A stretch of 64,000 bases of DNA from Catajapyx aquilonaris (lineage: Eukaryota). The position numbers and the translations under genes are program-made. The stretch lies in the NCBI GenBank assembly GCA_000934665.2, contig KZ538374.1, positions 1 through 64,000 of the forward strand. The letters run 5' to 3'. Under the pieces are notes generated by a model, which saw nothing but the letters and a program-made list of their open reading frames with translations, searched no databases and was not told the origin of the DNA. This document shows positions 40,001 through 52,000 of this stretch, piece after piece (the stretch's first letter is position 1; the number at the start of each line of letters is the position of its first letter).

Positions 40001-43000
40001 ACTGTCTCAGGAATGTCCAGTGCCCGAGAAACATCCCGTCATCCATGTAGGAGACTGATGTGCAGTGAGATCGAAGATGCCTTTGGCAGACGCCTTCCAC
40101 AAGACATATCTCTGGAGTCCCCACTTGGGGGCAAGGATTGCGGTGACCGGTTTTGGGCTTAAGTTGCACAGGCGGTGGCAACCACAGTTGGACAAGGCTA
40201 ATCGCTCCCACTGCTGCTGCTGTGGTTGTCACCTGGGCCGCTCCTCCTCGATCAAGGTGGCCCGAGGCGTACTAGCACAGGACGACGTCATCCTATTCTC
40301 CCTAAACCGTAGACCGAGTGGTATGCACCGAAGACTACAGCAGCAGCAGTACAGAAGCACAGAGTTGTCTCGTGTCAACATGTTCAAGCGGAAGAAGACT
40401 GTTTCTAAGGGCGGAGAGGGCCGTGTTGTGGTGGACCAGGACATGAAGCTGATGCAGTTGCAGCGAAGGTCCGAAGAGCAGGCCACGGCTCCGGTACCAA
40501 GACGCAGGAAGAGTGTCCAGCAAGGGACGTACGTGGTGCGGAAAAGGTCCAATTCCGAAGCTCCAGCTGCTGGAGACGGAGAACCTAAGGCTCCCGCTGC
40601 GTTTCGGTACCGGCCCTTACCTGACCCACCTGTAGACAGTGCTGATGACCGTAGCGAAACAGTGTCATTATCGTCGGCCAAGCTGTATCGGAGTTCGTCT
40701 GCTGATAGTGTTCTCAGTGCGAACTCGAAGGTTCCGAATGTGGCTGTGAGTGCCAGTGATGGAGTGGTTCGGGCACTTAGTTTGGGGAGACTCTCCAGTC
40801 CTTTTGATATGGCCAGTCCCAGCAAAGAGAACAAACCTTATGTGCCGTCTGAAGTACGTATTATGTTTATTTGAAACATTTTATCAGTGTGTCAATTGTT
40901 GCTCGTGTGTAATACTGCCGAATCGTATGCTTACTGATGTTATACACCTTTTGGCATACACAGGAACGATACTCGAGATGCAAATCCGTTCTTAATAAAT
41001 AAGTCGCTAAGCATCGAAAAAGGCACGCCCATGGCACAAATGCACGGTACGATGGGATTGTCAGTGGACTGTCGTGATTTACAGGCCACTTCAGTAACCG
41101 CATACCCACCCGTACCTTGAGAGGATGGCCGTAAACTAACGCCATGTGGTCACCGCCCTGAGATGAAAGGCGGAAGAATTCGCTCTTTGAGAGGCAGTGT
41201 CACATATTATCAAAATATAGGACAGTTACTATAGGATAGGGTCACAACTCGTGGAAGTGTATTAGAAGTCCACCTTGGTATTTTTTCACTCCCCACAATA
41301 TTAGTATATTACTGACCCGCGATTCCGCCTAATAATTTTTTCCCCAAATAAAAATCGTTGGCACAGGAGGAATCCTAGTCCAAAAAACTAGCTTCAATAA
41401 TATTATAGTCCAAAGCAAAGATTCGATCTTTCACTACTTGTTTACATGGTAGTGAATATGAAAAATCCTGGTTTCCTGGCTTATTAGGAATTTTTAGAAC
41501 TAAATTGAATTCACCAGGCCATAGAGCATAGAAAAATGCTACTTATGGCCGGTTTCACCAAGCCCGGTTTTCATAAGAACCCCAGTTCTTTCGGAAAATC
41601 CCTGCAAATAGAATAGGGTTTTTCCGAAAGAATCGGGGTTTTATGAAAACCGGGCTTGGTGAAACCGGCCATTAGTGGTGTAAATAATTCAAACCCGACG
41701 AAATGGGACGTACAGTACCGGTACCGGATTTCTCGTGCCTGCGGACTAAATAATAGTATGATATAGTCCTACATGCTGTAAATATAATAATCGTAACATA
41801 ATTTAAATGCGACATATTATTTTCATAATATTCATAATTTTAACTTCGAATAGTTCTTGATTCCTCGTCTGTCACATGAATTACTCAACGTGTGTATCGT
41901 AAATTCTTCAAAGTGTGGTTCTATACGAGTAGACCACAAGGTTGAAAAATATTACGCTTCATTTGCGGCATTTTCAATTTTGTCTTTGAGCCCAGTGGAC
42001 ACGCGCGTTTGACATATTTGCTTGAAGCCTTGGAATTCTGAAAAATCAGGCATAAGTGGAATAATTTTCAGATATGACTGTTAAGTTTAATAATAATTGC
42101 ATTAGTCCGAATTCTGTTTCCAAATTTTATTCAAACATCTCTGCAGGAAATTGTACTTTCTGTATAGGAAACGATTGACTTGACCATCAAAATGCACGTG
42201 ACATGACACTTGTGCCTAACTCAGTTTTGTCAGAAATGTGACTGTTAATTTGGCATGTCAGGTCTTCATTTATTTATGCTAGATACTGCGGGAAATATAT
42301 GCCGCGTACTTGACATGCCTGGGCCGGTGGTACCGTAACTTCTCGCGTCACCTCTGTACTTTACGGCCAAGTGGTGATGGTCAGTCAATCTCTCACGTAA
42401 ACACGATACCGTAAATGGTGCTGTTACTGAAATATTTCGAAAATCTTAAATATGTATATGTAGAGAAGCAGGTTCCACTTGACTCGCTTTTTTTGTCCAC
42501 TTGTTACAACCCCTCCAAAAATTTACTACTCCGTACAGCTAGCATTGCCCATGGGTAGGTCGATCACAATGTAGTGTAACCTACACCGAGAGCCTGAAGC
42601 GTATCGGTGGTCCATTTATGTCCGTGTGCCCAATATGCAACCAGGCAACATTCGATGGCATGTGCAGTAAGTGAGTAAGGTTCCGGTCATTGATTCCAAC
42701 GGAACAGGCTAATGGCAATTCATCAGTGACCGTGTTAGCGCACTCTTATGACTAAGCAGTACATGCTACTTCAAAATCTATTATAATAAATTGCATGGAA
42801 AAGAGGTGGGGTATGAGAAACGGCATGGGAAAGAGGAATATGTCGATATAGGTAAGTGGGATAATGAAAGTCCCCTTCGTCCGACTATCTTTTCAGTGCA
42901 AATAATATTATATGGTACTGTACATAACAAGGATGTTCTGACTGGCGATTAGACACTACATTTGTGTATTTTAAATTTCATAGGGCGACCTAGTTTGGTT

Positions 43001-46000
43001 CGACCCAGGAATCGGCTATGTTCTACCAGGTGAAGTACAAGAGTTTCATCGAGCTGGCCAGGTCATCACCATCCAAGCTGTCATCGCTGGAAAGGTAAGC
43101 AGATTATGCATAGAATGGCAATTTTAAAAATGTGGTTTTGAAACGTATTTTGATTGAGTAGTAATATGCTTTCATGTATCAAATCAGGGACTATAGAAAG
43201 TACTATTTTTTCAGGCCCAAGTGTTTACACTTGACAATTTGTCAACTGTAAGGCGGAGACAAGACCTGGGCCAATATGGGGTAGAAGACATGATTCAGAT
43301 GCTGTAAGTCAATAATATATTTTTATATAGAATATACGGTATGTGTGTGTGTGGTGCATATATGTGGGGAGGAAAGGAGAGAAATGTTTTCATACAGGCT
43401 CTCGTGCATTATTTTCTCAAACTGCATGAGTTCTCGAAAAAAGATATTGTGAGGTAAGCTACAGGAGGCGGTCGGTAAATCACATTATTTGTGACTACCA
43501 TGTATTATTTCAAGGCTATGTAATCTGCCCATATGGCAATGAGGACAGGGATCGAGAGTAAGGACCCTAAGTGCATATTTTCCTACAGAAGAGCACCACC
43601 AGCTGCTGACCTAATTACTGCAAAGTAAAGTCATACCACAATCCACAAAGAACAAATAGTACGGTATCGGTACCTGAAATACCCCTGTACGACGACAGTA
43701 TGGGTTGTGCAGAGCAGAGCTTCCTAACAGTATCATAGATATGAATATCATTTACAAGTATTAACGACCTAGTTGCATGTTGTTCTTGCGGGCTCATGAT
43801 TCCCTCTATGAACAAACAGCAGTTCTTGTACTGTTCCAAATAGTGCAAGTATTCCGAGTGCCAATTTAAACCCGCAGCTCAAGAAGGACAAATTTAGCTG
43901 ATAGCTGATTGCCTCATGAATGCCTCGACCATGATGTATCGGAGTTTTTTATGTCGTTTGTTGGGACCGGGCATTGTTATGTTCCTGGTATATTACCATC
44001 CGTCAGTGTTAACCAATGACAAAATTTCTCAGCAATTTGTAACATTCATAGGAAAGGGCATAAATTGTGTGGGATAAGTCAAAATTAGCTTTTGTACAGT
44101 TCAGTGGGGGATGGCCTCTTTCACTTCCTCGATGTCGCTGAAGTTCTGAACTGCCAGGTGCTTCTTCATTGGTCCAAAGAGATGGTATACCATGGGTAAA
44201 ACCACCTCTTTGGACCAAAAAAGAAGCCCTAGCTTCTCAAGAACTCAGCCGCGACATCGAGGAAGTGAAAGAGATAATCCCACACTGGCTTCCCACCCAG
44301 TCGGACGCTTTTTTCTGCAATGGTATGGAAAAACGCGTGTCCTGATGGGACATATGCACCAAATTTTATGGCGACTATGTCTAAAATGAGAGAGAGACTT
44401 GCACTTTCATATGTATATCTCAGTTTCAGTTTCTCTAGTGAAACCTCTGAATTAAAAAATTACTCAATTACTTTTCGATTCTCCCTCGTTTAATGACAGT
44501 GTAGTGTACAGTGCTGGCCACATATCGAGGCAACCGCCAGCGACATTTTTCCGAAGCGGCAGAAGAAGGAATCGAAGATGAGCATGCTACAAGCCGGGCG
44601 AGCCAGATTCCTTCTTCTGCCGCTTGGGAAAAGTGTCGCTGGTGGTTGCCTCGATATATGGCCAGCACTGTACTATTCATTAAATATATCATCAACCACA
44701 AGTCCATAACCAGTCTACGCGCGTTCACGGGATAACTGCTAACTAGCTGCTATATTTAAACCGCCAAGTGATATACGGCTCCGAGTACAGATTTTCCTGG
44801 TTTTTGGTATTTCCTCCGGGAAAAGGTGATCCATACCATAGTATAATTTTTGCACCCTGGCTCTGACCTCTGAGAAATAGTGAGGCATTTCCTCACAGGA
44901 CACCCGACATTCCGAGGTGATATCGCGAGGCACGAATGCCCTCAAGGACGAAATAGACAGGTTCAATGTGACGCGGTGCAATCTTACCAGGCACCCCACG
45001 TTGGTATAGTGCCGTAGTGAATCAGAGTGGACCTAAGAATGTAACAAAGCTTATGGAAAATTAATGATGTTTGCAGACAGCACATTTTCCCAAAGAAACC
45101 GGGAAAATCCGACAATCAAATGTCCCGGTTTTATGAGCAGCCGATCGTATCGAAAATAGATATATCGTAATATAACAAATAAAAATCGATTATTACATAA
45201 CGCAGCATCGATATGCCAGTGTTCAAAAAACATCGATAACAAAGAATCGATATATCGATGTCAAAGTTAGCAGAAATAACGTCGTTGGTAGGGGTCCCTC
45301 TGGCTGGGAGTAATGGCGCACTCCTGTAATCCTGCGACTGGGAGGCCGGTGTCGAGGGATGCCTGAGGGGTAAAGTCCGACCCCAGGGGCCGTGACCGGT
45401 ATGGCACGCGTCCGCAAAGATGTGATGTATCAGCCCCAGATGGGTCCGGGAGGGGAAAAAACACAAAACCCCAAAAAAACCCAACTAAATTCAAGACAAG
45501 TAACAAGGAGATGAAGCAGGAAGAGGAGATCCCGGCGGGCTACCCCCCTCAGGCAGACCAGACACCAACTTTTTTCATTTTCTTCAAATTTTCGGATTGA
45601 AGTATGTTTCCTGATACACAGGACACATTCGTGGAATTTTGGGGGGTGTACGGAGATTTTTAATTAAAGGTGTGGTTTTGTACGGGGGCCAGTCACAGTC
45701 TGGAGGTGCTCTGGAGCCTTGGGACTGGGGACCGTGAAATTCCAGATGGAAGTGTGCACTATTACTGTTGCATGTGGTACTAATAATAATTACATAGTAA
45801 TTACACAACTTGGAAGTGCTTGTAGCCATTTCACTGTGATTGTCACGGAAGGGCTGCGTCATGTAGTTTATTATTGTAATGGCAATTGTGACAATGCTGT
45901 TACGATGCTGCCACACTGAAGAGAAATTAGTGCATATTCCCTAGTAATCTGCATCAAGCTGATGCCAATTTACAAGGAAAGTACTTGTGTACTGATGTAC

Positions 46001-49000
46001 TTTCTGCCACTGCCTTACCAGCATGTCCCACTTATTCTCAACTGTTCAATGGTTGGCCATTTGTGTCATGCCAACTACTTGGTGCTGACGGGATATACCA
46101 GGGCCCTACAATCAACCAGTGCCCTTTTTGTGGAAGGCTAATAGTTCTTGCTTTTCATGCCGCAGGGACTTGAACGAAGCATCACTGCTGTGGAATCTTA
46201 AAATACGCTACGACAAAGAACTGATTTATGTGAGTATCAAGAACCTTGTTCGTTGCTGGTAATGGATCAAGTAGCATAACTGACATTCCCTTTCAGACAT
46301 ACACTGGTAGCATTCTGGTTGCTGTCAATCCATATAAAATGTTTGACATCTATGGACTTGACATGGTGAAGAAGTACGAGGGGCAAATTTTAGGCACACT
46401 CCCACCGTAAGTGAAACGATATAAGATACCTCTGCAACGAAGTAAATTCAGTGCAGTTGATTCAAATTGTGCTGGAAATAGCTGTAGTCGTGGAGCCTTT
46501 TCGGTTATCATGAAACCAACATCTGTGAGTATGTTTATTATTTCATAGGCACCTTTTTGCTATTGGATCTGCGGCATATGGGAAAATGAGCAAAGACCAA
46601 GAAAACCAAGTGGTTGTCATCTCAGGAGAGAGTGGTGCTGGAAAGACAGAGAGTACGAAGCTTGTAATGCAGTACCTGGCGGCTGTTAATAAATCTCCAT
46701 CTAACCTCATCACGGAGCAGATCTTAGAAGCATCTCCATTACTTGAGAGTTTTGGCAATGCTAAGACTGGGAAGAATGACAATTCCTCCAGATTTGGCAA
46801 ATACTTGGAAGTTCATTTTAAAGAGTAAGTTAACACATATGCTGGCTGTGGTCTTATCATCGAGTATTCTCTTCAATATTGCTGGCATTTTTATTATTGC
46901 AGGGGAGTCATCACTGGAGCCAAGATTACAGAGTATCTCTTGGAAAAATCGAGAATAGTGACTCAAGCACCTGAGGAGCGAAATTACCATGTCTTTTATG
47001 AGATGCTCAAGGGTCTCCCTACAGATCAAAAGGAAAAATATGGTCTTCTCACCCCAGAAAAGTACTTCTACTTGAATCAGGTAATCACATCTTCAGAGCG
47101 TCAGAGAATTTTGAGATTACTGTTAGGCGTGTTTACGCTAGAGGTCAGATACATTGAATTACCATGATGTGTACGTTCAACTCAGCCATAGTGGAGATGA
47201 GTCAGAGTCGTGCCTACATCATTGTGACTGAATCTTCAGAGCACCTGTCTAGTGTAACTGTGCCTATAATAGTGCCTTGATTTTTGAAATACACAAACCA
47301 AGCATTTTGGATATGATATATTATGCAGGGAGGAAGCTGTGAAATTGAGGGAAAGTATGATGGTGAAGATTTCCAGGCACTAATGGCAGCCATGCAGGTC
47401 CTGGGATTCACTTCTGAAGAGCAAGACACCATCTTCAGGATATTATCATCAGGTGCTGTTTTATTGATTGAAATTTCTAAGCAATGTGCATATACTAAAA
47501 CCACATTTTCTTTGTTACAGTGCTCCACTTGGGCAATGTATATTTTCATCGAAAGGCTCTGAAGCATGGGCAAGAAGGAGTTGAAATAGGATCAGATGCT
47601 GAAATTAAGTGGTCAGGTCACCTACTTCAGCTCAGTGTTGATGGAATTCGCCGGGCCTTAACCACAAAAACAACTGTAAGAGTATCTTCAATTGGAGCCT
47701 TTTTGTGTGTACGCAAACTGTATGTTATTATCCATTGTTTCACTTTTTAGGAAGCTCGCAACGAACGTGTCGTAACGCCCTTGAATATTGACCAAGCACT
47801 GGATGCCAGAGATGCAATAGCAAAAGCTCTGTACAGTTCTCTGTTCACTTGGCTGGTTTCCAGAATTAACCAAATTGTCTGCAAGGCATCCAAAAAGACA
47901 TCCATTTCAATCCTGGACATTTTTGGCTTTGAGGATTTCAAGGTATCCCACAGTTATATTCAATGCTATAGAGATAGAAAATGATAACTTCTGCTACATG
48001 TCATTGTTGTATCCCATTGCAAGAATGTAACATGACTGTGTATTATGGCATTATAGGAAAACAGCTTTGAACAACTGTGCATAAATTATGCAAATGAGAA
48101 CTTGCAGTACTACTTCAATAAGCACATATTCAAACTGGAACAGCAAGAATACATCAAAGAGAAAATAGAGTGGCAAACAATTTCTTACCAGGTAAAGTCC
48201 TTGATTTTTTGTAGGCGGAGGCATTTTTGTTACTGAGGATTAAATTCACTACAGGATAATCAACCAGTCATCAGCTTGATTGCTCGGAAACCTGTTGGGG
48301 TGTTCCACCTACTGGATGATGAGTCCAACTTTCCAAAAGCCACTGACCTTTCTTTTTTGGAAAAGTGCCATTATAACCATGCCCTGAATGAACTGTATTC
48401 ACGGCCACGGCTTTCCAGTATGGAATTTGGCATAAGGCATTATGCAGGTCAGGTGTGGTACAATGTTGAGGGTTTCTTGGACAAGAACAGAGACACATTA
48501 CGACATGATGTTGTTGATTTGCTCATCAGCAGTAAAGTGACGGTAAGCAAGCCATTAGCTACTGATATGATGTGAATGGTTTATGCCAAAGTAATATGTT
48601 GGCTCCGCAGATGATTTCACGAATGTTCCAAAACATGCGAATTACTATTGAAGCATCGAAAACCATCAACAAGGCCAATGGACGTTTTGTGACAATGAAA
48701 CCAAGAACTCCCACTGTAGCTGCCAGATTTCATGACTCTCTTCAGCAACTTTTGGAATCCATGACTCAGTAAGTTTTATTGAATGTGACACATTACTTGT
48801 GGTCCATATCAATTACCAACATAGGGAAGTAGCACAGTAGTGTATTGGTAACACCTGAGCCTCCACCTCTGAGGTCCAAAGTTCAATCTACAGGTTAGAG
48901 AAAGGAGTTTTTCACATGGAAAGGCTTTCAAGAATTTATGTCATTGTTCACGTGGATTTTCTACGGATTCTCTTGTTTTCTTCCACTGCCAAAAAAACTT

Positions 49001-52000
49001 CTCTTCCCCTCTCATTCTCTCTTATGCCTCCAGGTCTTAGTTGTCTTGGTCCCCAATAAACCAAGCCAATAACTAATATTTTATTACTTTTCCTCTAGGT
49101 GCAATCCATGGTTTGTTCGCTGCATTAAGCCTAACAATGAGAAGGCACCAATGAAGTTGGACATGCCCATTGTACTGGAGCAGCTGCGATATGCTGGGAT
49201 GTTGGAAACTATTAGGATAAGGAAAATGGGTTATCCTATCCGCATGAAGTTCTTCCAATTTGTGGATAGGTATTGCTGCCTTTGCCGGGGTAGGATACCC
49301 AGAGGCTCTCCTGCCAGGTAACAACCATTTAATGGCAGTTTCATTTTTTAATGGCTGTGGGACCAGAGGGCACAATTTTATGACATGGATTGTGCCAGTA
49401 AAACTTGTCTTGGATATAATTATTGTTTTTTTAATAGGGAGATCTGCCGACTCATTCTGGAGTCAAACCCAAGCATTCAGGGCCATTATCAGCTGGGCAG
49501 TAACAAAGTATTCCTGAGGGAAAATCTGGAACAACAGCTGGAACAGGAGAGATTCCGATTACTAAATAATGCTGCTATTACCATTCAGAAGAATGTGAAG
49601 AAACACCTGGCACGCAAGCGCTATCAGGCCATGAAGAGGGGCACCCTGAAAATCCAAGCCAATGTTCGAGGCTGGATCCAAAGGAGAAAGTACAGCAAAG
49701 TTAGGACAGGAGTTGTCAAGGCCCAGGCAACTTATCGAATGAAGAGGCAGCTAAGAATTTACCAGGATATGAAGGTAAGCAGTGCTTTCCATGGTATGGA
49801 GTGTTAATTGGCATATGGAGTCAACACAGATTAAAGATTCCCTCAGTGTCATGCATATTCCTTAGCACATGAGCCCTAGGCCATACTGTGACAATAATAA
49901 ATTACTCTTAATATTATATTTTCTTTGCAGGAAGAGATGAAGAGACGCACAGAAGCTGAACGTGTTGCACGAGAACGAGCGAAAGTGAAGGCCCAAAGAG
50001 AAGAAGCTGAGAGAATTTCTAGAGCAGTTGCAGGTGTCAATCATCTGGAAATTCCTGCAGAACTGGCTTTCATTTTTAGCAAGATAGATGGTATGTTTCC
50101 AGCATAATTTATTAATGAAGGTGATAAAGTGTTACAATAGTGTAGCTCACTAGTGCATCAGAAATAGAAGTTTTTGAAACACAGTATGATAAGTCACTAA
50201 TGTTCATCGCTGAAAATATCACAGAAGCAAGTACTGTCACAAATGTGGAGAGTTATAAGGAAGGGAGCAGTCATTCCGCAAGATGGGCTCCAAAAATTAG
50301 GGAAAAATATCACTAATCCAAAGTATGCTGCCAGTTTTTAAATTTGATGATGCATAGGCAAATGAAGTTATGTTTAAGTTGTTATCTTTCTGGTAAGATA
50401 TAATAGTCAGCGATGCAGTATCCTCTCACCTGCAACACCTACCTGGGCTCCTGGGAACCTATCAGGAGATGGGCCAATCATATTGATGCATCTGCATGGT
50501 TGGAGGTAGAAATTTTGTGGCCATCCTTTGTCTGTTGGCATTACTTTGTGTGTGTGTTCATTGCATTTCTCTCAATTACTTCGTGAGGCTGTTTTGTCTA
50601 TTATTTTGCTGCTAAGATGGCTAAGGGTTGGCACTTTGCTAAACAAGCGTCTGGCTTGAATTTTATGCTTTTGTACATTGGTTGCTGTAATGGACAGCCT
50701 ATTTTAAATAAGTGATAATTTTTCTAATTTTTGGATTACTGAATGACCAAACCCTGCCTTTAAGAACATGTACAGTTGCGAGTGTAAAGATGTAGACAGT
50801 CTACCATCCACCTCTTTATAGGGATTTGCGGGCATAATATACCACATTTCTGCTGATGTAGATGTAAAACAAAATTATGAAATACCTGATTGACCTTGCT
50901 TCAAATTTTTGTGCTTCTGACTGTTTATGCACTCAAACTTCCTTGTACAGTGTTGGACATAAATCGAGGCATATTGCTAGCGACATTTTCCGAAGCGGCG
51001 GAAGAAGGAATCGAAGATAAGGATACTGCAAGACAGGCGAGCAAGATTCCTTCTTCTGCCACTTTGGAAAATGTCGCTGTCAGTATGCCTTGATTTATGT
51101 CCAACGTTGTACAGTAGCTAAAGTGTGATAAGAGAGCATTGTTCAGGTTAACTGCTGTGTATATCTTTGAATGGCTACTTAAAATTGCAGCAATTCTAGA
51201 TGCCCACCTACCCAAAGTGGTCACTTATGAATGGCTGTAAGTTCCAGTTGTGACAAGTCAAATAAGAGAATTTGGCATTGCATATGGATATTCACAATAC
51301 ATAATCAGACAGTTTCCCTGCATTTGAAATCATGTAACTGGGCCTGCCATCAGAGTTGTGTAATACAAATAAACAAAAAAAAATTCTTTCACTTTCAGAC
51401 TGGCAAGAAACTCACACTGAGAGGAATCTGGTCAAAGTTGTGGGACAAGTAGCAGAATTGAAAGAGAAAAACTTTCTTCCAAATGACATCGACTATCATG
51501 CATTCACCAAGTTTACAAATGTGTATTTCAAGGTACACTATTTAAGTTTGTGTGATTATATTGGGTTAACAAACTAGTGAATTAGACTTTTTTGTGCTGT
51601 TTCTTGTCACTAATCTACAGCCATAAAGAATTATGCCTTCATTATGTATCACTAGGGAGAGCTCTGATATTGCACTGTTAAGTTCACAGATTATTTGTAA
51701 ATCTGATGCAGTTATAAAACAATAGGAAAGAAATTTCAACACACATTCAGTAATAAGGATGCATGTAAAATACTAATTGAATTTTCATTTATATTTAGTC
51801 ACATATTTGGGGGATGAAACGAGAGCCAATCAAGACACCATTTCTTGCCAAGTCAAAGGACATTGACTATCAGGATTCATTGGCAATGTTCAAACTGATC
51901 CTCAGGTTTATGAATGACAATAATCTGAATGGAAAGAAGGAAATTGTCTTAGGAAATTACATAGTCAATAAGGTAAGAAAAAAAAACATACTTGGCAAGT

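Noticed and set aside
40229..40834. 201-aa minus-strand ORF
   Set aside because: Antisense shadow of the alternative Myo15 exon.
45303..45370. Human Alu contamination
   Set aside because: Far too diverged from Alu, monomeric, no poly-A, has compensatory changes and is embedded in an intact arthropod intron.
44468..51224. Repeated AAEEGI peptides in four short ORFs
   Set aside because: Translations of the two hairpin MITE copies.
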